Shown: one piece after another, positions 26,536-36,619 of the stretch
Layout: every line of letters begins with the position of its first letter
Numbering within the stretch: the first letter of the stretch is position 1
Sequence record: PZ379182.1
Length of the DNA stretch: 46,134 nt
Strand: one strand, 5' to 3'
Source: a phage
Translations under genes and position numbers: made by a program
Notes under the pieces: generated by a model
The model's input: the letters and a program-made list of their open reading frames with translations, nothing else
Database searches by the model: none
Told to the model about the DNA's origin: nothing

Positions 26536-27195
26536 TTATACCAGTTCAGAAGCTACAGAACTCAGCCTACCACGGATAGATACTGCGATGGATACCGTTT
26601 CGATTTCGTTGACACCAATGCTAGGGGTGTCGTTGAAAGCGATAGTGCCAGACTGAAGGCGCATCTCACTAGCGCGAGGTACGAACAGACGAATAGCAAC
26701 AACAGTACCAGCTTCGTCATAGTTACGCAGAATCGGATATACCGGGTTGGTGTATTCGTGCGCAAACGTGTAGGTGTTGGTTACCGCAGACTTATAAGTT
26801 GGAATCTGCTGCTCACGATCATCAGATAAACACTGGAAGTTAACGAACTGCTGTTCGCCGCCATCAGTGGATACGTCCTGAACACAAGGAACTTCAAACC
26901 AAGTAAGAATCTTAACAACTTCACCAGTTAAGCCAGCTGGGAACTTAGTGGTGTTGGAGGTATCAATACCTTCAACAGTTACGGTTGAACCAGATACCTC
27001 GGTAACGCGAACTTGCTTATCAGCCAGCAGGGTCGAAGCTGAGCTGGTAAATAGCAGGTAATCACCGCGTGCAATATCAGCAACGCTGGACAAAGTTAAA
27101 ACAGGAGTAACAGCATTGGAAATTGCAGTTACGTCGATAGCAGCTCCGCGAGAGCCTTCTACGAACACCTGGGTGCCGTTTGATAAGTGAGCCAT
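26536..27195 (-). CDS. major tail protein
   Basis: 219 aa; position just upstream of the G/T chaperones, followed by a strong terminator. Confidence 0.7.
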   Translation of the reverse strand: MAHLSNGTQVFVEGSRGAAIDVTAISNAVTPVLTLSSVADIARGDYLLFTSSASTLLADKQVRVTEVSGSTVTVEGIDTSNTTKFPAGLTGEVVKILTWFEVPCVQDVSTDGGEQQFVNFQCLSDDREQQIPTYKSAVTNTYTFAHEYTNPVYPILRNYDEAGTVVAIRLFVPRASEMRLQSGTIAFNDTPSIGVNEIETVSIAVSIRGRLSSVASELV

Positions 27196-27210
27196 GTATT
27201 TTTCCTTTTG

Positions 27211-27612
27211 TTAGTCTAGACGAACATAAAAACGAACCGGGATAAACCACCCAGACTTGGATTTGATAACGGGGTTAACAACTCCAGACTCATAAATGGT
27301 CCCGCTGTCAAGCATTGTACCATCAACGATAGATTCTGCCAATTTATTAGCGATTTGTCTGGGCCTGTCAATTCCAGTACCAGGACTGAAGAATACTGAA
27401 ATTTGAACCATGCCTACGTAGTATTTGCACTTCCTGCTTAATCCGTAGGTTACGGTGTCAACCTCTGTATAGTCGTACTTAAGCCAGATTGATCCATCGG
27501 CAGGAGGAGTAAACTTACAGTTCTCCCAAGCGACTGGATATCTGACCGGAAATTCATTTACCAACAAATCGTTGACGAATTTCCTTGCTGCTAATGATAA
27601 TTCATATTGCAC
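27211..27612 (-). CDS. tail terminator protein (lambda U-like) candidate
   Basis: 133 aa immediately upstream of the major tail gene. Confidence 0.45.
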   Translation of the reverse strand: MQYELSLAARKFVNDLLVNEFPVRYPVAWENCKFTPPADGSIWLKYDYTEVDTVTYGLSRKCKYYVGMVQISVFFSPGTGIDRPRQIANKLAESIVDGTMLDSGTIYESGVVNPVIKSKSGWFIPVRFYVRLD

Positions 27613-28039
27613 GACGAGCCTCCTCTACAGCTTCCTGGAAATACCTGCCCAACCTTGCTTGCACCACGCCAAGAACGCCAGCCGGAGCCTGATTCGAAGC
27701 CCCATACTCAAGGTCGGCAGCGTAATCAAGTCGGTTAGTAATATAAATAACACTAGTAGCTTTTGAGTTAGCGACAGCTCTAGCCTGTCTGGCGAGATAT
27801 GTTTTGGTCTGCCCGCCAGTCTGATCGTACTCATTCAGTGATTGCTGAGCTGGTGAGTTTGCGGTGATTTGCCAGTTAGCCTTGAACCTACCAGTATCGA
27901 CCGGGGATAAGTCCACAATTGCGTTGGCTGTCTTGGTAACCGTGTTGGCGACTACAATTTCAAATCCCTTATCTGCTCTGTTAATCCAGTCAGCAATAGA
28001 TTTCTCAAAGGTAGCGACACTTCCAATATTTCTAGCCAT
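27602..28039 (-). CDS. tail completion / neck protein candidate
   Basis: Track ORF 27602..28216 overlaps the upstream gene; internal ATG at about 28039 gives about 145 aa. Confidence 0.45.
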   Translation of the reverse strand: MARNIGSVATFEKSIADWINRADKGFEIVVANTVTKTANAIVDLSPVDTGRFKANWQITANSPAQQSLNEYDQTGGQTKTYLARQARAVANSKATSVIYITNRLDYAADLEYGASNQAPAGVLGVVQARLGRYFQEAVEEARRAI

Positions 28040-28403
28040 AAGTAGCCACCCTACGAAGAATTGGTCTATACCCAACAACTGTACCAGTTGGCTTAACAGG
28101 TCGCGGATCAACAACAACAAAAGTCTCGCCATCAACTTTAATCTGATAACCCTGCTTGATTTCTGCCTGGGCCGTGAAGATTCCGCGCTTATCGCCAAAC
28201 TGGATAAACTCACCATCTATATCGCGCGTCTTGATTTCTCGCACCAAGCCCTTTAACTGAAATGTTTTTGCTGGTACCTCTACCTCAACGCCGTTAACGA
28301 TTTCAACATATCCAGCGCCTGTACTCATCTCGTAAACGCCATTTGCATCGCTGAAGAAGTTAATACCAGCGCGAGTGATTGATTCTATTTCGCTGTAGTT
28401 CAT
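28032..28403 (-). CDS. head-tail joining (head closure) protein candidate
   Basis: Track ORF 28032..28493; ATG at 28403 overlaps upstream stop (ATGA); about 123 aa. Confidence 0.45.
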   Translation of the reverse strand: MNYSEIESITRAGINFFSDANGVYEMSTGAGYVEIVNGVEVEVPAKTFQLKGLVREIKTRDIDGEFIQFGDKRGIFTAQAEIKQGYQIKVDGETFVVVDPRPVKPTGTVVGYRPILRRVATYG

Positions 28404-28816
28404 CGGCAACCGCACCCACCGCCAGCAGCGGAAGTAATCAATCCAAAGCCGCCACCTTTCTTGCGGAGAAGTGCTTTGTACATGCGGCCCCATGATGAAG
28501 ATGATAAGTCACCCTGGATTGCTGACTGGTTATCATAAGTGATAGAAAATTCACCGCTCAGCGCATAACTTGCCATTCTACGGCTGTATGTTTCCAGGCC
28601 TTCATTCTCACCCTTAAATGCGCCATCAGCAAGCATCAGGTGTAATGCGTAAAGTCCTACCGCCTTATCTTTGTCTGCGCCAAACTTGCTTTCGCATACG
28701 TAGAGACGTGCCAAATCAATCCATACATTAATTGATTCGTCATCCACCGCTTTGAGCGCAGGAACAAGAGATCGCATAAACGCCAAAATTGCATCATTCA
28801 TATTAGCTCCATACAA
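28400..28816 (-). CDS. head-tail connector / adaptor protein candidate
   Basis: 138 aa; position between capsid and tail genes. Confidence 0.45.
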   Translation of the reverse strand: MYGANMNDAILAFMRSLVPALKAVDDESINVWIDLARLYVCESKFGADKDKAVGLYALHLMLADGAFKGENEGLETYSRRMASYALSGEFSITYDNQSAIQGDLSSSSWGRMYKALLRKKGGGFGLITSAAGGGCGCR

Positions 28817-28842
28817 TAAAGGACGCCGAAGCGCCCTGTTTG

Positions 28843-29088
28843 TTATTTGTACTCGTTACCAGTCTCAGCCTCGGAGATGGTTTTCGGTTCTTTGCGCTTT
28901 TTCTTGCTAACAACTTCTTGCGCGATTTGTTTGGTTGCTTTGGTGTCACCCTCAATGGTGAGTTTACCCTCTGCGATTAAACGCTTGAGCCCGTCGCAAA
29001 TTACATCAACCTCGAAAGTGTCACCAGGCAAATATTTCTCACCTTTGTAAACGATAAGGCAAGCTCCAGTGTGTTCTAAACGAATCAT
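28843..29088 (-). CDS. hypothetical head-associated protein
   Basis: 81-aa ORF directly after the major capsid gene and its terminator. Confidence 0.4.
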   Translation of the reverse strand: MIRLEHTGACLIVYKGEKYLPGDTFEVDVICDGLKRLIAEGKLTIEGDTKATKQIAQEVVSKKKRKEPKTISEAETGNEYK

Positions 29089-29149
29089 TTTTGTCTCCTT
29101 TTATTAGTTGATGGTTGATTATAACCCAACAAATCCATTAGGTACAGAC

Positions 29150-29174
29150 GTAAAAAAGCCCTCATAAGAGGGCG
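29150..29174 (-). terminator. intrinsic terminator after the major capsid gene
   Basis: Minus strand GCCCTC-TTAT-GAGGGC followed by TTTTTTAC. Confidence 0.7.
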
Positions 29175-29179
29175 ATTTA

Positions 29180-30121
29180 TTACGCGAAGGTGATGCCTTT
29201 GATTACAGCCATCGTCAGAGGGCGATAAACAATCAATCCCGTCGCTTTTGATGTTACAGGATAGCGGAAATGCAGGTCTTTAGGTTGAGCTGGAAGCACG
29301 TTAGTAACCTCTGGAATCTCAATACTCATATTGAGTGGATCCTTCTCAAACGCCAGAGCAGCTTTGCCACCTGCGCCATCGTAGTTATCCAGGAACTGCA
29401 GATAACGCAGATTGATGCCCGAGTTGTTGGTAGCAAACAACTGCGCGTAACTGATAGAGGTGTTAGGAACCAGCTCTTGCATCAGGCGGCGAGCGGAAGC
29501 GGGCAGCAAGATATCAGTTGCGGTGTGAGTGCCATTGGTCGAAGTCTCGATCGCATCAATAAGTGCGGTGATATCAGTCATGGCGGCAGCTGCGGAGTTC
29601 CACGTACCAGCAACAACGTTGTTGATGTTAGGATGGTCGAATACGCTAGGGATACCGTGCGGGGTGGAGCCAGACCAAACCAGTTTATCAAGCAGGTTGT
29701 CGTGCGCTTCGAAAGCTAATGCCTGTTTGCGAGTTGACAGTGATTGACCAGTAGCAGCGCCAGCCTTGATTTCGTCAGTAGAAATCAGGAATGCGTTACC
29801 GAAACGGAACACTTTACCTTGTTTCTCGGTCATGAAAGCATCAACCAGCGGCAAGTCATCAGAGTAATCAGCGATAATCTGAGCAATACCAACACCATCA
29901 AACTCTGGATATTCGAAATACTTCGCGTGACCAGGAATTTCATTAGTTACCGGGAAGATATTAACAACTGAGTTTTCTGCGTATTCTTTTTCGTAAGCGC
30001 GATTCAGAGCAGCGGTAAGCTGGCTAACGGTCCAGATACCAGCGGCATCAGCTTTATCTACGCCCATTTGCTCAAGGTGAGAGGTGATTTTTGCTTGTTC
30101 TGCATCAAATTTAATGGCCAT
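29180..30121 (-). CDS. major capsid protein (HK97-fold type)
   Basis: 313 aa; position after scaffold/protease and an abundant-gene terminator/promoter arrangement. Confidence 0.85.
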   Translation of the reverse strand: MAIKFDAEQAKITSHLEQMGVDKADAAGIWTVSQLTAALNRAYEKEYAENSVVNIFPVTNEIPGHAKYFEYPEFDGVGIAQIIADYSDDLPLVDAFMTEKQGKVFRFGNAFLISTDEIKAGAATGQSLSTRKQALAFEAHDNLLDKLVWSGSTPHGIPSVFDHPNINNVVAGTWNSAAAAMTDITALIDAIETSTNGTHTATDILLPASARRLMQELVPNTSISYAQLFATNNSGINLRYLQFLDNYDGAGGKAALAFEKDPLNMSIEIPEVTNVLPAQPKDLHFRYPVTSKATGLIVYRPLTMAVIKGITFA

Positions 30122-30228
30122 TCTTGTTTATTCCTTTTCAGTTAGGTATGTACGAGTCAATTATACACGACTTTGTGGTTGTTACAATAGCATCATACAT
30201 GAGGCTTAAATCTGGATGGCAAAATACA

Positions 30229-30251
30229 CAAAAAAACCTCCCGAAGGAGGC
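30229..30251 (-). terminator. intrinsic terminator upstream of the capsid gene
   Basis: Minus strand GCCTCC-TTCG-GGAGG followed by TTTTTTTG; a TTGTAA-N16-TATAAT promoter-like sequence follows. Confidence 0.7.
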
Positions 30252-30271
30252 TTGTTTAATTAATGATAATC

Positions 30272-30769
30272 TTACTTCTGCTTAACCTGAACTTCTACCA
30301 GAGGACCATCAACGCTATCACCTTGAGTTGGCATTGCGCCATCTGCGGTTGCTGCGGGAATGAATCCGCCAGCGAATGTCCAGCCAGTTGCCACTCCGCC
30401 AGCTGCTGCGTCTGCAACAACTACGCCAGTTGAATCCACCAAAACGGCAATACCGAAGTTTGGCGCTACTGTAAGGTTAGTGCGCATCCAGATTCGGCCA
30501 GCGGTCATTACGTTAACAGCCTCTTTCACTTTAGCGGTGCCACCTGGAGTCTCGTAATGAGAACGAACAACTACGCCATAAGCCGCGTTTGCAGCAATAC
30601 CAGTTGCAACAACGGATTTGTGACCATCAACTAACGGTTCTAGCGTAGATACTCTAACAGCTACACCAACCGGAATTGCATCGCTGCCGCCAACCACGCA
30701 AGCTCCGTCGATGTTATACAGAGAAGTATCAGAAACCATACCAGCCAGTGCTACGGAACGAATTGCCAT
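30272..30769 (-). CDS. head decoration / accessory capsid protein candidate
   Basis: 165 aa, Gly/Ala/Val-rich, between scaffold and major capsid genes. Confidence 0.4.
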   Translation of the reverse strand: MAIRSVALAGMVSDTSLYNIDGACVVGGSDAIPVGVAVRVSTLEPLVDGHKSVVATGIAANAAYGVVVRSHYETPGGTAKVKEAVNVMTAGRIWMRTNLTVAPNFGIAVLVDSTGVVVADAAAGGVATGWTFAGGFIPAATADGAMPTQGDSVDGPLVEVQVKQK

Positions 30770-30781
30770 GTTTATAACTCC

Positions 30782-31888
30782 TTATTTCTTAATTTTAGCT
30801 AAACGAGCACGTGGGTCTAATTTCTTAGGCTCATCGGCGCTGTCAGATTTGTCGGAAGCGGTAGTCGCTTTACGTACTTCAGCCATTTTATCAGATTCTT
30901 TGGCAATGTCGAACGCTGCATCGATGTATGCGTCGGACTTCTCGGAAACATCAAGGCCGGAAACTTCTTTAACGTATAATACCTTAATGCCTTTAGCATC
31001 CAGGCCATCAGTCTTAACACCAGCTTCAGTGGCTACAGTAACCAGAGCGGCAAGTGCTTCAGCGTCAGCTTTGGCAGCTTTGACTGCTTTCTCGATTTCA
31101 GCGGGCATTGCGTCTACTTTGGCTTTCAGTGCGTCACGCTCAGCTTCGATGGAATCAACCTTAGCTTTCTGTGCTTCAACAGCGGAGTTAATTTTGGAGA
31201 TGTGGTCTGCAACCTCTTTAGACACCTCAACTTCAACAGAGTCAATCTTAATCTTAACTGTCATTTTGTTTTCCTTAGTATTTAAATCAACGTTGTCAGT
31301 ATACGGGTTTTCTTGCTGCCCGTCCATATTTAGCTTAGCAATTCCAGCCCTACCCCTGAAGACCATAGCTAAATGGTTTACCTTAATGTCTCTCTGGATT
31401 GCGTCGAACTCTTGCCAGTCAGGAGGTATGTCGAGCCCCTGTGTGTTGTCACTTCTAAGGATATAATTACCAGTTGCAGGGTCACCCCAACCCGGAGTTT
31501 CATCAAGAACGGCAGAGTAACCTACAGATAATTCCTTAGCGTTACCTGAGCGAGCCTCGTCAATAGCTTCTTGAGAGTATACGACAATTGGCGCAATTAC
31601 CGTACTTCCTAGAGCCTCAGCTTTACCAGTTACCGAGCCGACCACTACGTCTTTAGCGTTATCGGAGTTTACAAAGACGTGGTCAAGAGTCATTGGCTTA
31701 CCCTGGTAACTGGCTAGCGACTCCTCTTTGAAGACTTCTTCTGCTGGCCTGAACTCTCGAACAGTCGAACCGTCCTCTGTGAAATAAACCTGCACACCAA
31801 CCCTTGCTACTACTGGCGTATCGACGAGAAAACCATTCTCGTCAATGGTGGCTTTGAATGTTGCTGTATCAAAGCGATTCTTATACAT
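30782..31888 (-). CDS. prohead protease / scaffolding protein (N-terminal protease-like domain, C-terminal coiled-coil scaffold)
   Basis: Track ORF 30782..31903 begins at GTG; ATG at about 31888 preceded by GAGGAG; C-terminal Ala/Lys/Glu-rich coiled-coil. Confidence 0.6.
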   Translation of the reverse strand: MYKNRFDTATFKATIDENGFLVDTPVVARVGVQVYFTEDGSTVREFRPAEEVFKEESLASYQGKPMTLDHVFVNSDNAKDVVVGSVTGKAEALGSTVIAPIVVYSQEAIDEARSGNAKELSVGYSAVLDETPGWGDPATGNYILRSDNTQGLDIPPDWQEFDAIQRDIKVNHLAMVFRGRAGIAKLNMDGQQENPYTDNVDLNTKENKMTVKIKIDSVEVEVSKEVADHISKINSAVEAQKAKVDSIEAERDALKAKVDAMPAEIEKAVKAAKADAEALAALVTVATEAGVKTDGLDAKGIKVLYVKEVSGLDVSEKSDAYIDAAFDIAKESDKMAEVRKATTASDKSDSADEPKKLDPRARLAKIKK

Positions 31889-31936
31889 CCCAATTCTCCT
31901 CACTAAAATCCATCGAATTCATCTTTCATCCTCATG

Positions 31937-32665
31937 TTATGACTCCCAATCCGGCACAGCCCAACAACGACAGCCGTATTCCTGACCAGGGAAGAGATCG
32001 TTACCGCTCAACCTGAAGCTTAGGCCCTCTTTCTTGAAATGGGTCATTCGCTCCCTTTCATCAAGCATGCCGTGCCAAATGTAATGGGTAACACCAGCAT
32101 CCTCTAGCCTCCTGCGCATGAACGTAGAGTTAATACTGGACGTGATGCCTGAGGCTATATTAGCAGTTCTCTTGCGGTAAATCTTGTACCTTTCGTTAAT
32201 CTTAAGGTAGTCACCACTCTGTATGATTGATGCAGACTGAATAAAGTCGTCCTTGATATTGTTGAGTAACTTTTCAACGGACTTATTTGATGTGTAAAGC
32301 CACTGTTTTAAATCCGGCTGATACCAATCTTCATCTCCATTTATACCGTTAAGTCTCAAGTCCATAACTGACTGGACCGAGCCGCCACCGGTCTTGATTG
32401 CCAGCACAAGAAACTGCGATGAATTATACCTGTATATTGACGCTCCAATTGCCGGAAGTGTAGCTACAACAGAAGCTATAAGCGCTGCTATGATTGCGTC
32501 GAGATAATTATCTTCCTGCTCTAGCTCCTCGGCAGTGTCAATCTTAAGCCGCGTAGCTGATTCTTTCATTGCAGATATTAGCTCAGTTACCGCAACGCTA
32601 AGGTTGCGGTTTACCTGATTCTCAATTGTCTGCGGGTACTTCCAGCGGGTCTTCACTGGTTTCAT
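31937..32665 (-). CDS. head morphogenesis protein (Mu F / SPP1 gp7-like minor capsid protein)
   Basis: 242 aa; C-terminal GCRCW motif typical of this family; directly downstream of portal. Confidence 0.7.
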   Translation of the reverse strand: MKPVKTRWKYPQTIENQVNRNLSVAVTELISAMKESATRLKIDTAEELEQEDNYLDAIIAALIASVVATLPAIGASIYRYNSSQFLVLAIKTGGGSVQSVMDLRLNGINGDEDWYQPDLKQWLYTSNKSVEKLLNNIKDDFIQSASIIQSGDYLKINERYKIYRKRTANIASGITSSINSTFMRRRLEDAGVTHYIWHGMLDERERMTHFKKEGLSFRLSGNDLFPGQEYGCRCWAVPDWES

Positions 32666-33899
32666 TGATTGTTACCTCTGTCTCAATTGAACCTTCACCA
32701 ATCTTAACCTCAGGGGCTAATGCGCGCAAGGTATCTCGTGCTTCGTCTGCATCCATCACGCCGTTAGTGATAAGAGCAGTAATTGAATCAACGTTATTCT
32801 TCAGTACTTCAGCGCGGTCTTTCTTCGATTCCTGAGCTAGAGGGTTAAACTCAACTGACCATTCTTGCTCGGTTGTGACGAACGGGATTAAGAACCCAAG
32901 AACTGGAAGTAGCTCTTCGTTACGCTTGCGGTCAATCAACTTATGGAATGTCTCTAGCGCTGTGTTTTGGCTTGATGACAACCCGCCAACGTTACGACCT
33001 TTGAGAATGATTTCATGGATACCGCTCAGAGCAACAATTCTGTCGAACTTCTTATCGAGGAATCCATCAATCCCACCAATATCCGAGTTAAGAACGCTGT
33101 ACTCTTCAGCTTCAGCGTCGATACCAATCGCGCGACCAACGCCAGAGTTATCATCAACCTGGGCAAGCCTCAACCTGGCCGCACCAAAACCTTCCGCGTC
33201 GTCACACAGTTCAGCAAGGCCTTTAGCCTTCCACACCGCCTGCTGCTTGCGGCGCAATAACTGAGTTGCCAGTTTCTCACACGTCTGATAATCCTTGATT
33301 GATTCAAGCAGGTCAGGAACCAGAACGCTAGCACCCCACCCGTCATTACCGCGACGCAATGAACTAGGAATCTTCTCGCCATCCATAATGTGAACTCGCG
33401 AGTAGTGCACATCATAAAACATGGCGCCACCTTCTGGCGTGATGCGGTACGTTAATGGCTTACCGAATCGCACATTGCGAGGGTTTTCCTCCTTAGTCTG
33501 AACTCTTACCTGGCTACGCTCATAAACGCGAAGTGATTCAAGTTCCGCGCCTTCACGTACCGGGCTAGTTAGCGCACGATTGTCCTTAACGATAGCCACA
33601 ATTGCAGAGCCGCCAAATAACCTCGCCCATGACCATGCGTCAGAGATTGACTCGTTAACCCTCAGGTAATCCCACCTGGACCAGAATTCACCTTCGTCAT
33701 CAATACCATCGATATGGAAACCTGCGGCGATTGCTGTCTCCGGTATGGTGTCGACGATGCGGCGTACAATTGAGTTTGATGCGTACAGTGAATCAGCGAA
33801 AGGAGGTGTAAGATACGTGTTGCCAAAGTGCCCGTAAATCTCGCTACCATCACTGGAGCCACCAAGAAATTGCGTGGCGTATGAATCTGCTTTTACCAT
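32622..33899 (-). CDS. portal protein
   Basis: Track ORF 32622..33926; the first ATG lies inside a hairpin loop, the ATG at about 33899 has a GGAG RBS; about 425 aa downstream of terminase. Confidence 0.85.
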   Translation of the reverse strand: MVKADSYATQFLGGSSDGSEIYGHFGNTYLTPPFADSLYASNSIVRRIVDTIPETAIAAGFHIDGIDDEGEFWSRWDYLRVNESISDAWSWARLFGGSAIVAIVKDNRALTSPVREGAELESLRVYERSQVRVQTKEENPRNVRFGKPLTYRITPEGGAMFYDVHYSRVHIMDGEKIPSSLRRGNDGWGASVLVPDLLESIKDYQTCEKLATQLLRRKQQAVWKAKGLAELCDDAEGFGAARLRLAQVDDNSGVGRAIGIDAEAEEYSVLNSDIGGIDGFLDKKFDRIVALSGIHEIILKGRNVGGLSSSQNTALETFHKLIDRKRNEELLPVLGFLIPFVTTEQEWSVEFNPLAQESKKDRAEVLKNNVDSITALITNGVMDADEARDTLRALAPEVKIGEGSIETEVTINETSEDPLEVPADN

Positions 33900-33911
33900 T
33901 TTATTTGCTCC

Positions 33912-33937
33912 AATAAAAAGCCCCATTTAGGGGCTTA
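33912..33937 (-). terminator. putative intrinsic terminator
   Basis: Minus strand AAGCCCC-TAAAT-GGGGCTT followed by TTTATTGG. Confidence 0.5.
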
Positions 33938-33957
33938 GTTTAGCATAGCTTTTATGG

Positions 33958-34311
33958 TTACTCGAATTTTACTTCGAACTTGATTGATGATGTTTTCACT
34001 CCATTAAGTGTTAACTGGCGAACCTCCCTTCTGACTTCATAAAATGCCTCTTTAGTTACTATGTCTTTGTTGATGAAGTATTTAATCCCAGCCTTTTCAA
34101 CTTTAAAATTATCACCTTTAACGACAAAATCGGTAGGCTCTATAACTTCGAAATCATAAACACTAAGATTAATTACGCCCAAATAGCCTTTATCATCCTT
34201 AACTTTTACGTATTCATTATTACTTCCAGGCGTTCTTGATAAGTCATAAATCTTACCAACGGTAAAATCAAAATAACCAGCTTTTTTATACCCTTTAAAT
34301 ACTGCTTTCAT
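33958..34311 (-). CDS. hypothetical protein inserted between terminase large subunit and portal (moron candidate)
   Basis: 117 aa, Lys-rich; own upstream cassette copy (34330-34386) and downstream hairpin. Confidence 0.5.
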   Translation of the reverse strand: MKAVFKGYKKAGYFDFTVGKIYDLSRTPGSNNEYVKVKDDKGYLGVINLSVYDFEVIEPTDFVVKGDNFKVEKAGIKYFINKDIVTKEAFYEVRREVRQLTLNGVKTSSIKFEVKFE

Positions 34312-34329
34312 TTTTTACTCCTCTCGTTT

Positions 34330-34386
34330 GCGTGAAGTAACTATAAGCCATCCTTGGCGGCGCGTCTTTAGCAAAACGTGCTATTT
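34330..34386 (-). promoter_or_regulatory. intergenic cassette copy downstream of terL
   Basis: Minus strand AAATAGCACGTTTTGCTAAAG, GCCAAGGATGGC hairpin, TTATAGTTACTTCACGCAAACGAGAGGAG. Confidence 0.55.
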
Positions 34387-36000
34387 GATGCCAGCGAGGC
34401 GCATCATCCTCGATTTAGGGTCTTCTGCAATGTTCAGTACCAGGTTGACAGCCATTGTCAAACAGTCTATCTGGTCATCGTGAACATGTGAATCATCTGC
34501 CGTGAATGCCGCAATCTCCGTTAGCAAGCCATTAAGCCAAGTAGCAGACTCCGGAAGGATTACGTTACCAGCTTTAATCTGCGGCAATGCACTCATTACG
34601 CGAGTCAGCTTATCGTTATCAGGAACGTACGGCTCGATAGGCGTTCGCATAACCCTTCCGGCTGATTGAATCAGGCCAATACCAGAGGCTTTCTTCTCGA
34701 TGATGATTTTACGAAGGATACCATCTATCTGATTGGATGCCCTAGCCATCTTCTCGAAATCCAATAACTCAGCCTCGAGCTCAGGAGCTTCAAATTTACC
34801 GCGCCGCTGGTCAAGCAGATAAATCTTCCCATCCTTATAACCCCATAGCTGCATGACGCTAAAGTCGCTGTAACTTTTGGTTGTCATCGCAGTATCAAGG
34901 ACCATAAACCTGTAATCGTACTTAGCTGGCGGTCGCAGAGTGTCGCTAATGCGTTGAAGCCAGTCTACGTTAATCAGGTTGCCGCCAAGTGCTACTGGTT
35001 CTTGCTGATACTGGCTAAGGAATGTATAGCTATCAGAATCCCACATTGCAACTAGGTCGTGAACAGATTCCTTGCCAGGGAAATAGCTATAGTACCTAAC
35101 ACCATCACGCTCAATATATTCGCTTGATAGAACGTCATCAATGAATTGCTGCTTAATCCAGTCAGGGAGCGTGTCGACGTAATTCTCAGTTACGAGCGCC
35201 GGTATCTTAATCAAGTCGAAGCTAATACCCATACCGCCATTCATCATGAACCACGTACTATCATTCACATGAAGGCGCTGTTGGATAGAGATAATCGGCG
35301 TCGCCTTGCCTTTTACCGAGCTAGCCCTACGAGAACGTATGGTGTTCTTTAGCATCACATGGTTGTTGGCACGGAATACAGCCGAAAGCATATCTGCAGG
35401 TTTGTCAAAATCATCTAACAGTACTGCGCCACTATATGAATCTGTTATATACCCACCCCTTGCGCCGGTAATCTGACCGCCAGCAGCTTTTGAGATTGAT
35501 TCAAACCGGACCTTTCCAGACTCATCAAGGACCTGTAACTCATCGTCCTTGCACGTGCCGAACTTGCAAGGGAATAACTCCTGGAACTCAACAGACTTAA
35601 TCAGGTCGCGCACTCGCTTGGAGTTGCGCTTAACCAGTGAGTCAGCAAATGAGATGTTGAGGTTCCTTACCTTCTTTAGCTTCACCATTGAGTATGCTGG
35701 GAAGTGAATTGAGGCTATCTCTGTTTTTCCGCTACCTGGTGCTATGTTAATGATAGTGTCCTTGCGCTCACCTGCGATAATCTCGTCAATGATTCTGCAA
35801 AGGTATTTATGATGCCAGTTTGGGATGTACCGCTCTCCCTGAGTTAGCTGGAACCACACCCGCAAGAATCCCTCGAAGCTATGAGTGGATATCGCCTTAA
35901 CCGCCATCTTTTCTGCTGTCGTCATTTCCTCCCAAACTAAATTAGCCATAATTTCACCAATCCAACCATCACGCCAATTAAGAATCCAGTTGTGAAGCAT
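34381..36000 (-). CDS. terminase large subunit
   Basis: 539 aa; ATPase Walker A-like INIAPGSGKTE, C-terminal nuclease region; follows terS. Confidence 0.9.
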   Translation of the reverse strand: MLHNWILNWRDGWIGEIMANLVWEEMTTAEKMAVKAISTHSFEGFLRVWFQLTQGERYIPNWHHKYLCRIIDEIIAGERKDTIINIAPGSGKTEIASIHFPAYSMVKLKKVRNLNISFADSLVKRNSKRVRDLIKSVEFQELFPCKFGTCKDDELQVLDESGKVRFESISKAAGGQITGARGGYITDSYSGAVLLDDFDKPADMLSAVFRANNHVMLKNTIRSRRASSVKGKATPIISIQQRLHVNDSTWFMMNGGMGISFDLIKIPALVTENYVDTLPDWIKQQFIDDVLSSEYIERDGVRYYSYFPGKESVHDLVAMWDSDSYTFLSQYQQEPVALGGNLINVDWLQRISDTLRPPAKYDYRFMVLDTAMTTKSYSDFSVMQLWGYKDGKIYLLDQRRGKFEAPELEAELLDFEKMARASNQIDGILRKIIIEKKASGIGLIQSAGRVMRTPIEPYVPDNDKLTRVMSALPQIKAGNVILPESATWLNGLLTEIAAFTADDSHVHDDQIDCLTMAVNLVLNIAEDPKSRMMRLAGIK

Positions 36001-36067
36001 GTAGCCGCTATCATGTAATACGCCAATAATGCCTTAATCAATTTTATCATACCAACCCGCCATGTTC

Positions 36068-36592
36068 TTACAGTTTGCTAATCACAGACTCCAGCGCTTC
36101 CTTCATCGTATCGACGTCGTTAGCTGAAGAGTTGTTGCTGATGGTAATCTCCTGCGGCTTGTCGATTCCAAGCTCTTTGGAAATCATGCCAGGGTTAATG
36201 ATGCCAGATGCTGCAAGCTGGTATTTCTGCTCGCGAATCACGGAATCAATGAACGCAATCACCTCATCATAACCAGCCGACTTCCTCCATTTCTCGATAG
36301 CGCTATGGGTGACACCGCAGTAAAGGCAGAATCCGGTTAGCGTGAAGACTCGTGGTTTGTGCACCAGGCTCTCTTTTACCACACCCTGGAAGCTGGCTGT
36401 CTCGATTGCCTTGATTGCCTGGTCCTCAGCCCATGAGAAGTATTTCACGGCGAATTCAAATAGCTGTTCGGGTGTCATGCTTCGGTTTTTGGCTAGCGTT
36501 GTAATGTCTGAGTACTTTTTATTGTACATGGCTTTAAAGTTGCCAGAGCGGACCTTTTCTTGCGCCTGACTGGTGAAGTTTTCGTCTTTCAT
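36068..36592 (-). CDS. terminase small subunit
   Basis: 174 aa; AAGGAGG RBS; immediately upstream of terL. Confidence 0.7.
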   Translation of the reverse strand: MKDENFTSQAQEKVRSGNFKAMYNKKYSDITTLAKNRSMTPEQLFEFAVKYFSWAEDQAIKAIETASFQGVVKESLVHKPRVFTLTGFCLYCGVTHSAIEKWRKSAGYDEVIAFIDSVIREQKYQLAASGIINPGMISKELGIDKPQEITISNNSSANDVDTMKEALESVISKL

Positions 36593-36619
36593 TTTGTTAC
36601 CTCCTTTGTTTAGAGATGC

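Noticed and set aside
33900-33926. First ATG of the portal ORF at 33926
   Set aside because: That ATG sits in the loop of the GC hairpin at 33918-33936 and has no RBS; the ATG at about 33899 with a GGAG RBS is the more likely start
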